Part shown: positions 39,656 to 49,247 of the stretch, one piece after another
Layout: every line of letters begins with the position of its first letter
How positions within the stretch are numbered: position 1 is the first letter of the stretch
Origin: Bacteroidota bacterium
GTDB lineage: Bacteria > Bacteroidota > Bacteroidia > UBA4408
Direction: 5' to 3'
Length of the DNA: 64,000 bases
NCBI GenBank assembly: GCA_016718805.1
Contig: JADKCP010000003.1
Span: forward strand, 455,564 to 519,563
The notes under the pieces: generated by a model
What the model was told of the DNA's origin: nothing
Databases searched by the model: none
What the model saw: the letters and a program-made list of their open reading frames with translations, nothing else
Translations under genes and position numbers: made by a program

Positions 39656-39982
39656 TCATAAGAGTTTGACTGTTTGGTTTAACAGCTCTACATTAAAATT
39701 TATTTTCGCATTAAGTGCTTTAAAAACTTTTATAATTGTCTCGAAGCGCGCGTCTGTCAAGCTATTTTCAAGCTTAGATATTTGAGCCTTTTGCACACCA
39801 ACTAGTTGTCCAAGTTCTTCCTGCGTCAGGTCACGCTGAAGTCTAGCTTGCTTAATAGCTTCACCAATTAGGTCAAGTCTCAACTCACTTTCAAAAGCTT
39901 CGCGTTTGTTTGTGCCACGTTTTCCGATATGTTTATCAGTAACTTCTTCAAGACTGATTGTTTTTAAAGTTTGCTTTTTCAT
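39656..39982 (-). CDS. XRE-family helix-turn-helix antitoxin (HigA-like)
   Basis: HTH_XRE signature QARLQRDLTQEELGQLVGVQKAQISKLEN. 108 aa. 4-bp overlap with the upstream toxin gene. Confidence 0.7.
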   Translation of the reverse strand: MKKQTLKTISLEEVTDKHIGKRGTNKREAFESELRLDLIGEAIKQARLQRDLTQEELGQLVGVQKAQISKLENSLTDARFETIIKVFKALNAKINFNVELLNQTVKLL

Positions 39983-40326
39983 TTTTTGTTTTCTTTAAGT
40001 TCAAAATAAAGTTTTCTTAATCTTTCGGCTTTATCCAAATCGCTTTGAGGAGTCTTATCAGTTTTCTTAATTAAACCATGTGTCGAAATAACTACTGTCT
40101 CTGTCTTACCTGTTTTGTCCCAAAAAGCGAATAATCGATAATGTGTCTTCTTAAAAAGAGTTCTGAACTCCCATATTTCAGCATTTAATTTTTTGAAAAG
40201 CTCTTTGTCGTTAGAATACTTTGCTTTGGTTACGTTGTAAATAATTTTGTTTCGAATACTTTCATCAAGGTTGTCAATGAATGTAGCAGCGTCTTCTAAA
40301 AATATTACTTTAAATTTTTCGTTCAC
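39979..40326 (-). CDS. type II toxin, RelE/ParE superfamily (HigB / phage Gp49-like 'addiction module killer')
   Basis: 115 aa. Conserved pattern ...EIWEFRTLFKKTHYRLFAFWDK...VVISTHGLIKKTDKTPQSDLDKAE. Toxin-first gene order with an XRE antitoxin downstream is the HigBA arrangement. Confidence 0.65.
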   Translation of the reverse strand: MNEKFKVIFLEDAATFIDNLDESIRNKIIYNVTKAKYSNDKELFKKLNAEIWEFRTLFKKTHYRLFAFWDKTGKTETVVISTHGLIKKTDKTPQSDLDKAERLRKLYFELKENKK

Positions 40327-40396
40327 TTGTCAAATATTTAGACAAATGTAAAGGTTTCTTTATTAGGAAACATACTGGCACGAAATTTTTTTGAAA

Positions 40397-40412
40397 AAAC
40401 TTACCGAATAAC
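40397..40412. repeat. 16-bp perfect direct repeat, copy 2 (aaacttaccgaataac)
   Basis: See copy 1. Lies ~70 bp upstream of the toxin start codon. Confidence 0.7.
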
Positions 40413-40528
40413 TAATTTATAACCCAAAAAAAATTTAATCAATTCAAAAGAACATTTGAATCCTATTCGAATAGCTCATTACACTCCGAGGATAGCAATT
40501 CTCAACTTGGGTAAATCAGCAAAAATTT

Positions 40529-41083
40529 TTATTTTTTCAAAAGCCCTACTTCCCATTCTTCTTTCAAAAGAGAAAACAGTAATAAGTCTAATGCACCTCG
40601 TTGGTGCTGCTCGGCTTGGCGTAGAGTTCCTTCGTATGTAAAGTGCAAACGCTGTGCAGTGTGCTTGCTGCGGATATTATCGCTGGCGCATTTCAGCTCC
40701 ATGCGGTTTAAGTGGAGGTCGTTAAAAGCAAATTGCAATACTCTTTCGCAAGCTTTTTTTATATAGCCCTTACCTTCATAATCTTGGTCAATCCAATAGC
40801 CAATTTCACCAATTTTATTAATGAGATTAATGCGGTAAATTCCTAATCGGCCAATCATTTTTGTTCCTAAAAATAAGGCAAAGGCATATTCAGTTCCCTC
40901 GGCAGTGCGTTGTTTCGAATCTTTTATGTAATTGCTAATAAATTCTTCCGATTGCATATTGGCAATCCAGGGAAACCAGGTGATGTAATATTCAGCATTT
41001 TTGCACATTAAGGTGTATAATTCACTGCTGTGTTCCGGCTCCAGCAATTGCAAATAAAGCTGCTCGTTAATTTCTAACTTCAT
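40529..41083 (-). CDS. GNAT-family N-acetyltransferase (RimJ/RimL-like)
   Basis: Acetyl-CoA-binding region ...KGYIKKACERVLQFAF. ~185 aa. Start taken at MKLEINEQ. Confidence 0.65.
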   Translation of the reverse strand: MKLEINEQLYLQLLEPEHSSELYTLMCKNAEYYITWFPWIANMQSEEFISNYIKDSKQRTAEGTEYAFALFLGTKMIGRLGIYRINLINKIGEIGYWIDQDYEGKGYIKKACERVLQFAFNDLHLNRMELKCASDNIRSKHTAQRLHFTYEGTLRQAEQHQRGALDLLLFSLLKEEWEVGLLKK

Positions 41084-42024
41084 TGTTTTTGTAGTAACAA
41101 GGCAAGGCGCAACTGCCATCCAAACAGCAAACTGGCCAACAACAAATGCAAGGGCTGCACAGCTGCCGGAAATGAAAAATAACTGAGTAAAATGCCTGCA
41201 AGTATTTCTAATGCAATAGTTCCGGCAGTTAAATAAATGAGCTCTCGGTTCTCACCTTGAGTGCTATTTGCTTTCAACAATTCCTTAATTAAGTATGCAT
41301 TTAGCAACAACAACAAAATCGAAAAACTTCGGTGAAATTTAAACAAGGCCGATAGCTGATTCACCCATTCGTTGCGGTTGGCAAAATTAAACTGCTTGGC
41401 AATTTCATCTACTTCCTGTCGTACCTGTGTTCCTAACATTACCTGCAAAGCCGTAAACAAAAGGGCTACATAAAACCAGTTTTGCAGTTTGCTATTAACT
41501 TTAATTCTTTCAGAATTTTTCGAAATTAAATGGTACAAATAAATCAATACCGCCAATATTATCAATGCTACCAGCATGTGCACCGTAATTTTAGTAGGAG
41601 CCAAGTTAGAGCTAACTACCAAACTACCCAACCAACCCTGAAAACCAATTAAAATAAAGGAGCTAAGTGTTAACCAAAATACCAAGGCCCTGCTTTTTAT
41701 GTAACGAAACGAAAGCACTAAACTTATAAAAACACTTATTCCTAAAAGTACCCCAAACAAGCGATTCACATATTCAACCCAGGTATGATAGGCATTAAAG
41801 GCAGTATCGGCATAGCCCCTATGTGCATAAATTTCTTGGTAATTAGAAGGTAACTCACTTACATCGGTTGGAGGTATCCACTGCCCAAAACACTTCGGCC
41901 AATCGGGACATCCCATGCCGCTTTGTGTTGTACGCACCACCGTTCCGGCCAATATTACCAGGTAAGTTAGAACTATAGTTGTGTAAACAAAAAATTTGAA
42001 TCGGGTTTCAGCCTTTGCCGTCAT
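41080..42024 (-). CDS. ctaA: heme A synthase / COX15-CtaA family protein
   Basis: 8-TM topology. CPDWPKCFGQW motif. Conserved His in paired helices. Confidence 0.7.
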   Translation of the reverse strand: MTAKAETRFKFFVYTTIVLTYLVILAGTVVRTTQSGMGCPDWPKCFGQWIPPTDVSELPSNYQEIYAHRGYADTAFNAYHTWVEYVNRLFGVLLGISVFISLVLSFRYIKSRALVFWLTLSSFILIGFQGWLGSLVVSSNLAPTKITVHMLVALIILAVLIYLYHLISKNSERIKVNSKLQNWFYVALLFTALQVMLGTQVRQEVDEIAKQFNFANRNEWVNQLSALFKFHRSFSILLLLLNAYLIKELLKANSTQGENRELIYLTAGTIALEILAGILLSYFSFPAAVQPLHLLLASLLFGWQLRLALLLQKQ

Positions 42025-42154
42025 GTACTGTATATTTTGCACCTGCGAAAGTAAAAAAATATACTGCAATGGCTAGCCTTAAACAGCCAGTAATAGCTGA
42101 TTTTAATCAGCTATATCCTTAAGATAAATTCAAGTTCTGGGGCAAATGCTCCCA

Positions 42155-43120
42155 CTAAATTGGTCTCGCCCGTCGTGCCCAGCTCTGACAAAATAGTTGA
42201 TAACCAATGATGCGAATATTGTCTTTTCCGGCAAAACTGGTTGCATTGTGTTGCGCTAAAATTGAATTGTAGGCATCCAAAAAAGTATGATTTTGCCCCA
42301 TAGTATCGAAATAATCGTAGGCAAAGGTTTGTTCCACACTAAATAATACTACTATGTCAATAATTTTATTTTGTTTCAAAGCCTCCTGCCCAAAAAAGGT
42401 AAGTCGCGACTGCATGTACGAAAGGTTAGGACTAGCCCAGTAATCGTGCAAAAGAATACGATCGGTTGCCAATACCATTTTAGCTGCCTGCGAGGTTTCT
42501 TTGTTGGAAGGATTTTGAAACCAACCAAAGTAAAACTCCGAGGTGATTCGAGGGGTAGCAGCATGTGCAGTTGTATTCATGGTATTCACAATCTTAATCC
42601 AATCGCCAAAAGTATTGTTGGTGCCCGAATTCCAGTATTCGTTTTCGAGGTTAAATACGTTGAAACGTTCAGTGGTATCGCTGCGCGAATTGTTGTAGGT
42701 TCTGGTTGAACCGGTAAACTGTGAAGCTAAGGAACGTACCGCTGCTACCTCTTTTATGCCGTATTGGGTGCGGGCTTTTTTAATAAACTTGCCCAATTTG
42801 CTATAATTGGCACTATTGTTCAAAATGGCTTTGGTATCGTATAAGCTAATAGCGGTAAGGTTTTCCTTTTTACACCAACGCAATAAGTTGTTTTCCGCAG
42901 CAGTATCGCCAAAAATCCAATCAAAGCTATCTACATACACACCACGGTAAACCGGACTGGGCAATATTCTATAGGCATCCGAAGCTGTGTTGTTTGGACT
43001 AAGGTCGCTTGTATTGTCGTTTTCTTTGCGACAGCCTTCTAAAATGGCTAATACAAGCATAAAGGGTAAAACATAACGCAAAAATGCGTAAGATTTTGTG
43101 GGGTTAGTGTGTTGTTTCAT
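42155..43120 (-). CDS. hypothetical lipoprotein (possible glycoside-hydrolase-like TIM-barrel)
   Basis: Lipobox-like LAILEGC after MKQHT... No catalytic motif recognised. Confidence 0.4.
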   Translation of the reverse strand: MKQHTNPTKSYAFLRYVLPFMLVLAILEGCRKENDNTSDLSPNNTASDAYRILPSPVYRGVYVDSFDWIFGDTAAENNLLRWCKKENLTAISLYDTKAILNNSANYSKLGKFIKKARTQYGIKEVAAVRSLASQFTGSTRTYNNSRSDTTERFNVFNLENEYWNSGTNNTFGDWIKIVNTMNTTAHAATPRITSEFYFGWFQNPSNKETSQAAKMVLATDRILLHDYWASPNLSYMQSRLTFFGQEALKQNKIIDIVVLFSVEQTFAYDYFDTMGQNHTFLDAYNSILAQHNATSFAGKDNIRIIGYQLFCQSWARRARPI

Positions 43121-43345
43121 TGTTAAGAGGATTGTGTTATTACTATATGTAGCTATACTAACACAGGTGGGATATTCGAATAGCAAGCCAAACCTATTCA
43201 CAATGAGCAAGCTGCTGAAATATAACTTGCTCAATAAGCTTAATTTTGTGCTGAACGGAAATTTGGCAGGTAAAAATATTATACTTAATTTCGCAGCCCC
43301 GAATGAAAAAAAGGGGAATTAGTATTAATTAAAAAATTACAAAAC

Positions 43346-43657
43346 ATGTACGCAATTGTAGAAATAGCAGGGCAGCAATTTAAAGTTGCTAAAGACCAGC
43401 ATCTCTTTGTACATCGCTTGGAAGGAGCAGTTGATTCAAAAGTAAATTTTGATTCGGTATTGCTTGTTGACAACGATGGAAAAGTAAAGGTGGGCGCCCC
43501 GGTTATCAGCGGAGCTAAAGTTTCCGCAAAAATTATGTCGCACGATAAAGGCGATAAAGTAATCGTCTTTAAAAAGAAAAGACGTAAAGGTTACCAAAAA
43601 TCAAATGGTCACCGTCAGCAGTTTACCAAGATTTTAATTGAATCAATTACTGCTTAA
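43346..43657 (+). CDS. rplU: 50S ribosomal protein L21
   Basis: [14 protein letters not shown]... Confidence 0.9.
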   Translation: MYAIVEIAGQQFKVAKDQHLFVHRLEGAVDSKVNFDSVLLVDNDGKVKVGAPVISGAKVSAKIMSHDKGDKVIVFKKKRRKGYQKSNGHRQQFTKILIESITA

Positions 43658-43683
43658 TTATTCACATACTAAAGAAATAAGAA

Positions 43684-43950
43684 ATGGCACATAAAAAAGG
43701 TGCGGGTAGTTCGAAGAACGGCCGTGAGTCACACAGTAAAAGATTAGGTGTTAAAATTTATGGCGGTCAGTTGGCCATTGCAGGTAACATTATTGTTCGC
43801 CAGCGTGGAACTAAACACAACCCGGGAGTAAACGTTGGTATTGGTAAAGATCATACCTTATTTGCTTTGGTGGATGGAACCGTTAATTTTAGAAAAACAC
43901 GAAACGATAAATCATACGTTTCTATTGAACCATTTGCTGCTGAAGCATAA
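43684..43950 (+). CDS. rpmA: 50S ribosomal protein L27
   Basis: [24 protein letters not shown]... Confidence 0.9.
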   Translation: MAHKKGAGSSKNGRESHSKRLGVKIYGGQLAIAGNIIVRQRGTKHNPGVNVGIGKDHTLFALVDGTVNFRKTRNDKSYVSIEPFAAEA

Positions 43951-43967
43951 TCAATAAAATCATTGTA

Positions 43968-44005
43968 AAAAGGTCTTCTGAATTTTTTCGGGAGACCTTT
44001 TTTTT
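43968..44005 (+). terminator. rho-independent terminator after rplU-rpmA
   Basis: aggtcttc ... ggagacct hairpin followed by TTTTTTTT. Confidence 0.5.
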
Positions 44006-44099
44006 GCTCCAAACAGCACTCTAGTGTTGCTGGTAGCAGTTAAAATGAAATGCCGAATAGTCCTTTATCCTTTGTAAAACACTAAACAAGCCAAGTACA

Positions 44100-44444
44100 A
44101 TGATTCAGATTTATCACAAGAGTAATTGCAGCACTAGCTTAAGCGTACTAAAGCTCATTAAAGATGCAGGTAAAAAAGTAAGCATTATTCACTACCTCGA
44201 AACTCCATTAAATTTAGAACAACTGCAGCAATTACTAGTGCTGCTGAATATACCGGCCGAAAATTTAGTGCGTAAAAAGGAGAAACTATTTCAGGAAAAA
44301 TATGCCCATCGAAAACTCAAAGAAAGCGACTATTTGAAAATGCTGGTGAAACATCCCATACTCATGGAGCGCCCGGTAGTGGTAAAAGGTAAAAAAGCAA
44401 TCATTGCCCGTCCCATCGAAACAGTAATTAATTTTATTAAGTAA
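44100..44444 (+). CDS. ArsC/Spx/YffB-family thioredoxin-fold protein
   Basis: MIQIYHKSNCSTS (CxxS) N-terminal motif. 114 aa. Confidence 0.65.
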   Translation: MIQIYHKSNCSTSLSVLKLIKDAGKKVSIIHYLETPLNLEQLQQLLVLLNIPAENLVRKKEKLFQEKYAHRKLKESDYLKMLVKHPILMERPVVVKGKKAIIARPIETVINFIK

Positions 44445-44466
44445 TTTCGTACTTATTTTTTTAACC

Positions 44467-44856
44467 ATGGACGTCAAGGAAATTCAAAATGTGGATGCAT
44501 ACATTGCCCAGTTTTCAAATCCCGCCAAGGAAAGACTGCTGCAAATGCGAGAATTGATTTTAGCTTGTGCTCCCGATGCAAGCGAAGTAATTAGCTACCA
44601 AATGCCCGCACTGCGCTTACATGGAATGCTGGTATATTATGCAGCATTTAAAAATCATTGCAGCCTTTTTCCATCAAATAGTAAGCTAATAGCTAGTCTC
44701 GAAAAAGACTTAACAAAGTATAAAACTTCCAAGGGAACCATTCAATTTCCCTATGACCAGCCATTGCCGACAAAGCTTATCCAAAAAATTGTGCGTTTAC
44801 GAGTAAAGGAAAATCTGGAAAAGGCAAAACTAAAGTCCGGCAAAGCAAAAAAATAA
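44467..44856 (+). CDS. DUF1801 (YdhG-like) domain protein
   Basis: 129 aa. ...ISYQMPALRLHGMLVYYAAFKNHCSLFPS pattern. Confidence 0.5.
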   Translation: MDVKEIQNVDAYIAQFSNPAKERLLQMRELILACAPDASEVISYQMPALRLHGMLVYYAAFKNHCSLFPSNSKLIASLEKDLTKYKTSKGTIQFPYDQPLPTKLIQKIVRLRVKENLEKAKLKSGKAKK

Positions 44857-45097
44857 GCCAACTCTTTCATAGTATTTTACAATGGATGCGGCTTTTTATA
44901 CTTTCTAAATTAAACTTAACTCCCAAGCCACTAAGTAAACATAGCAATGAAACGGGCTTGTAAATAAGTAGTTGATAAACTTATTTATTTTAGTTTCATT
45001 GAGTTAAAAAATAATTTACTTTTGGCTAGTGATAAATAATGCCTAACACAATTGATTTTATACCACATAATAAACCCTTATAAATAAACCCTTTTAA

Positions 45098-46036
45098 TTG
45101 CTTTTCATGAAAACAAAATTACTTTTTTACAACCTTTTAATTGCTCTTTTTGCATCCTACAAAAGTTCCTATTCGCAAGTAAATACTTATTTACAAAATA
45201 ATCCTGTCTGGCAAACGACTAGCACTTGCACTTATGGCGGATTTTGTGTAAAAAACGAATTGATGAATTATTACGTAAAAGGTGATACTTTAATTGATAC
45301 GTTAACATACGGCATTGTTTACAAAAAGCAGCAAGGCTCGCTTTTTTGGAATGCAGGCGGAAATAATTTTGGCTGCGAGGGAAATTATGCATCAATCGAT
45401 GCAAATCCTTCCTACTTTATTCGTTCGTTTGATAAGCAAATGTACATTCGCTTGCCACAAGATACTGTGGAACAATTACTTTATAATTTTGATTTAGCTG
45501 TGGGCGATACTTTGCCATTGAGTTATACCAATTATGCAATGGACATAATAGTTTCGGCGATTGATAGTATTTACACTGCTCATGGATACCGTAAGCGTTT
45601 TACTTTGTCGGGAAATACTTGGTCAACCTACTTGTTAGAAGGTATAGGGCATTCGCGCGGATTGGTGGAACAATTAAAATCGGTTCCTTTGTGTACCTAC
45701 ACCCTTACTTGTTTTGGATTAAATGATACTGCCTATTATCCTGCACTTGGCTCAACCTGCGAGGTAGCAATCGGTATTTATGAATCCACTAAATTGTATC
45801 CACTTTCGGTATATCCCAATCCTACTTCTACCGGTATAAATTTCGATTATGCCGAGGATTTGCAAAATGCAAAACTTAAATTAGTGAACCTGGTAGGTGT
45901 TGCAGTATATCCTGAAATTAGCCAACAAAAAGGGAAATTGTATATTCAACCGAACAGCCTCAGCCCGGGAATTTATTTTTATGAATTTACTGCGACAGGA
46001 GCCGAAAAAAAGTTAGGAAAATTAATCATCAACTAA
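45098..46036 (+). CDS. hypothetical secreted protein with T9SS C-terminal sorting domain
   Basis: Signal peptide. CTD LSVYPNPTSTGINFDY ... GIYFYEF. Confidence 0.5.
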   Translation: MLFMKTKLLFYNLLIALFASYKSSYSQVNTYLQNNPVWQTTSTCTYGGFCVKNELMNYYVKGDTLIDTLTYGIVYKKQQGSLFWNAGGNNFGCEGNYASIDANPSYFIRSFDKQMYIRLPQDTVEQLLYNFDLAVGDTLPLSYTNYAMDIIVSAIDSIYTAHGYRKRFTLSGNTWSTYLLEGIGHSRGLVEQLKSVPLCTYTLTCFGLNDTAYYPALGSTCEVAIGIYESTKLYPLSVYPNPTSTGINFDYAEDLQNAKLKLVNLVGVAVYPEISQQKGKLYIQPNSLSPGIYFYEFTATGAEKKLGKLIIN

Positions 46037-46046
46037 ACGCTACATT

Positions 46047-46736
46047 ATGCTGCAAGTGCCTGAATACGTATCTATCGTATTTAGTTTAACTACTTTTTTC
46101 AGCATCTATTTTTTTTATAGGGCTAGTCAAAATTCTAAAACAGTATTGTTGTTGTTACTGGCATGGACAATTGTGCAAGCATTGCTGGCTTATTCAGGAT
46201 TTTATACCAATACCGGCAGCATGCCACCGCGACTTATTTTTGGATTATTGCCAACTTTAATAGGCATTGCAGTATTATTTACTATTCCTTCGGGAAAGCA
46301 ATTTCTAAAAAGTTTGTCTTCTTCCCACATACTTTTCATTCACACTCTACGTTTACCTGTTGAGCTTGTATTATATTGGCTTTCGCTGTATAAAGTAGTA
46401 CCGGTAATCATGACTTTTGAAGGAGCCAACTACGATATTTTTTCAGGAATAAGCGCTTGTGTTCTTCTGCTATTAACACTACGAAAAGAGCCTCTATCAA
46501 AGGCTTTGCTTGTGGTGTGGAATTTAATTTGTTTGGCATTACTAGTTACCATTGTGGGTATAGCGGTACTTTCGGCGCCTTTTCCGTTTCAGCAATTGGC
46601 CTTTGATCAGCCGAATATTGCAGTACTTTATTTCCCATTTGTGTGGCTTCCAACTGTGGTAGTTCCCTTGGTATTGCTGGCGCACCTGGCAACTTTGTAT
46701 CAGCTCTTAAATAAAACAAAAAATCCTTTGCCCTAA
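46047..46736 (+). CDS. hypothetical polytopic membrane protein
   Basis: 6-7 hydrophobic helices. No motif recognised. Confidence 0.4.
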   Translation: MLQVPEYVSIVFSLTTFFSIYFFYRASQNSKTVLLLLLAWTIVQALLAYSGFYTNTGSMPPRLIFGLLPTLIGIAVLFTIPSGKQFLKSLSSSHILFIHTLRLPVELVLYWLSLYKVVPVIMTFEGANYDIFSGISACVLLLLTLRKEPLSKALLVVWNLICLALLVTIVGIAVLSAPFPFQQLAFDQPNIAVLYFPFVWLPTVVVPLVLLAHLATLYQLLNKTKNPLP

Positions 46737-46765
46737 TTCAGCAAAGGATTTTTTGTTCCTAATCT

Positions 46766-47692
46766 TTATTCTTTCACAAAACGAAGTACTTGCTTTGTTT
46801 CATTTGTAGAAACTTCTAATAAATAAATTCCTGCATTCAAATTCTCCAAGTCAAGTATATTGCTGTTTTGCAAAGGAATTAGTTCTCTTCCAAGCAACGA
46901 TAATACTCTTGCACGCACAACTTCATTGCTCGCCAATTTAATGCGAAGCTGATTGCCGGCTGGATTAGGAACTAATTGAATCGCATTTTGTGCTATAGCT
47001 GATTGCTGCTCTATGCTTGTAACTAAATTGAATCCAATTTGATCAATTAACAAGTGTGTTCCCAAAGATGGCTGCTTATAACCGGGACTTGCTGTGTAAA
47101 AATTACTAAAGCGCAAGCTATAATATGCTGCAGGTGCAGTTGAAGTGTACACTACCGGAGCATAAATTTCGGTATAAGTTTGAGTGGAATCGCTAAGCAA
47201 TATTTCGCACTCCCCGGTGCTGATTCCTAAGCTATCATACAAAGTAAGCAAGGAATAAGCAGTATCGCCGTTTGCCGGAAAATACTTATAGTGAAATCCA
47301 AAATTGATAGGGGCAAAGGGATTGAAAGCAGTAGCATTGGTAGGAACTAAATTTAAAATCCCCCAAGAGCTAAACACCGAATCTTCATCGGAAGCTACCG
47401 CACCAACTATGCCTGTATTGCTGGTATAATTCCAAGCATTGTGCAATTCGAGCGCATGACTTCCGCTATAAGCATCGGTAGTAGGCGCATACAAAGGACC
47501 ATCGTACACAATTGAATCGCCATGCATAACCCCATTTGTATCGAGCCAGGCTTGAAAAATATATACATTTCCCCAATTGGCTATAGTTCCATCGGAGTTA
47601 AGTGAATTGAAATTACTGTTGGGTACTTGCGCAAAAGCACTTAAGTGCAAAAAAGTACACAAAACGAAAAAGCAGTTTTTTAGAGTTTTCAT
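46766..47692 (-). CDS. hypothetical secreted protein with T9SS C-terminal sorting domain
   Basis: Signal peptide. CTD IQLVPNPAGNQLRIKL ... GIYLLEV. Confidence 0.5.
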   Translation of the reverse strand: MKTLKNCFFVLCTFLHLSAFAQVPNSNFNSLNSDGTIANWGNVYIFQAWLDTNGVMHGDSIVYDGPLYAPTTDAYSGSHALELHNAWNYTSNTGIVGAVASDEDSVFSSWGILNLVPTNATAFNPFAPINFGFHYKYFPANGDTAYSLLTLYDSLGISTGECEILLSDSTQTYTEIYAPVVYTSTAPAAYYSLRFSNFYTASPGYKQPSLGTHLLIDQIGFNLVTSIEQQSAIAQNAIQLVPNPAGNQLRIKLASNEVVRARVLSLLGRELIPLQNSNILDLENLNAGIYLLEVSTNETKQVLRFVKE

Positions 47693-47709
47693 AAGGTAAA
47701 AGTATAAGA

Positions 47710-49098
47710 TTAATGAATAAGTTTAGATGTCATAATTGTAGCAGCTTCTTGTTGTATGCTTAAAACATAACTACCTTTTGGTAAGGAAGTTAAATTTATT
47801 TTGCAAGAAGTATTTTGATGCAAAAGTTTTTCGCGTATCCACAGCTTCCCATCCATACCATGTATACTCACTTGTAAGCAAGTAGTACAAGATTGAGGTA
47901 GTTGGCTTATTTCAATATATTCGTTGGCCGGATTAGGGTATAGCAATATGCTGGATTGTTCTACATTTCGTTTTACCTCTGTTGGCAAAGTTCCCGTTAA
48001 GGTATAAATACCCCGACTACTAGTGTTTATATAACCACCCGTGAAGCCGTTATTGCTTCCGGTAAATGCGCAAACGGTGTGTTGCTCAGTTGAATCTAAC
48101 AAGGTCCAATGCATTCCTCCATCCACACTAATGGCCGAAAAGGCTGCATATACCGAATCATATTCGCTGGTAACAATAAAGGTATTGGCAGTACCCGGAA
48201 CATATCCAACATCGTATTTTGCAGAGCCATCATCCACGTTCAATGAGTTAAGTTCAATGGGCATGGGCGACCAGGTTAGTCCACCATCGGTAGTAAATAC
48301 ACTCGAATCGGCATCGGTGCCACCACTGCCTCCGCTTCCTCCACCAATGTATTCGGAGGCTACCGCAATTCCATAGTTTTGATCACGAAAGGCAATTCCC
48401 TTTATAGAGTGATAAATACAATTAGGCAATACGGTCCAGCTTACGCCTTGGTTGGTACTTTTATAAAAATTGCCATACACATCGCCCAGCCAAATGGTAT
48501 TGCCGAGCACTTCATAGGTATTTAATAGAAACTGGGTAGTTCCTCCGCCAACTATAGCTTGCGGTACAGGCAAAGCACCGTTAAATACCCAATTAGCACC
48601 CCCATTGCTTGTTATAAATACGGATGAATCGCCCACAGCCACACCTTGGTTGGAATCAAAAAAGTGTACAAAGCGGGCTGCATCTATAAAATTGGCACTT
48701 GTTTGCTGCTGCCAGCTTACCCCTCCATTGCTCGTTTTGTAAATTGAACCACTGGTATTGGTCGATATATCGGCAGTTGCAATCCAGGCTGTACTTGCCG
48801 ATAAGGCCGAAATACACACAGGTGTATGGTTCGCCGGAAGGGCTATAGTGCCTGCTACCCAATTAATTCCGTTAACAGTTTTAGTAAAATAGGGCACTTG
48901 TCCACCGCAAGATCCGGCACTGAATACCGATAAAATTCCCCAAGCGACTGATGGACTTGGTGCCGAAATATCCACAACACATACACCCGAGGGCGAAACT
49001 AGTCCTGTTCCATGCTTTATCCAATTTTGAGATTTAGCGCTCGTTAAAGCCATCATAACGAGTAAATTTGCGAATAACGTCAGTTTAATTTTTTTCAT
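47710..49098 (-). CDS. BNR/Asp-box-like (Ycf48-like propeller) protein with T9SS C-terminal sorting domain
   Basis: Motifs SNGGVSWQQ, SNGGANWVF, TNQGVSWTV, TDGGLTWSP, VDGGMHWTL. CTD ILLYPNPANEYIEIS ... GSYVLSI. Start placed at MKKIKLTLF (signal peptide). Confidence 0.55.
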   Translation of the reverse strand: MKKIKLTLFANLLVMMALTSAKSQNWIKHGTGLVSPSGVCVVDISAPSPSVAWGILSVFSAGSCGGQVPYFTKTVNGINWVAGTIALPANHTPVCISALSASTAWIATADISTNTSGSIYKTSNGGVSWQQQTSANFIDAARFVHFFDSNQGVAVGDSSVFITSNGGANWVFNGALPVPQAIVGGGTTQFLLNTYEVLGNTIWLGDVYGNFYKSTNQGVSWTVLPNCIYHSIKGIAFRDQNYGIAVASEYIGGGSGGSGGTDADSSVFTTDGGLTWSPMPIELNSLNVDDGSAKYDVGYVPGTANTFIVTSEYDSVYAAFSAISVDGGMHWTLLDSTEQHTVCAFTGSNNGFTGGYINTSSRGIYTLTGTLPTEVKRNVEQSSILLYPNPANEYIEISQLPQSCTTCLQVSIHGMDGKLWIREKLLHQNTSCKINLTSLPKGSYVLSIQQEAATIMTSKLIH

Positions 49099-49247
49099 GT
49101 TGCTTTTTTTTAAGTTAGTAATTGCACCAAAAGGGCGATTAATTGATCGACGCAAAACTAGGGGAGCAAGCAGGCCTTTACCTAATTTTAGAGGTAGACA
49201 TGAGGTGAACATCCGGTAAAAACAGGTAATCTTAATGTAACTTTTAC

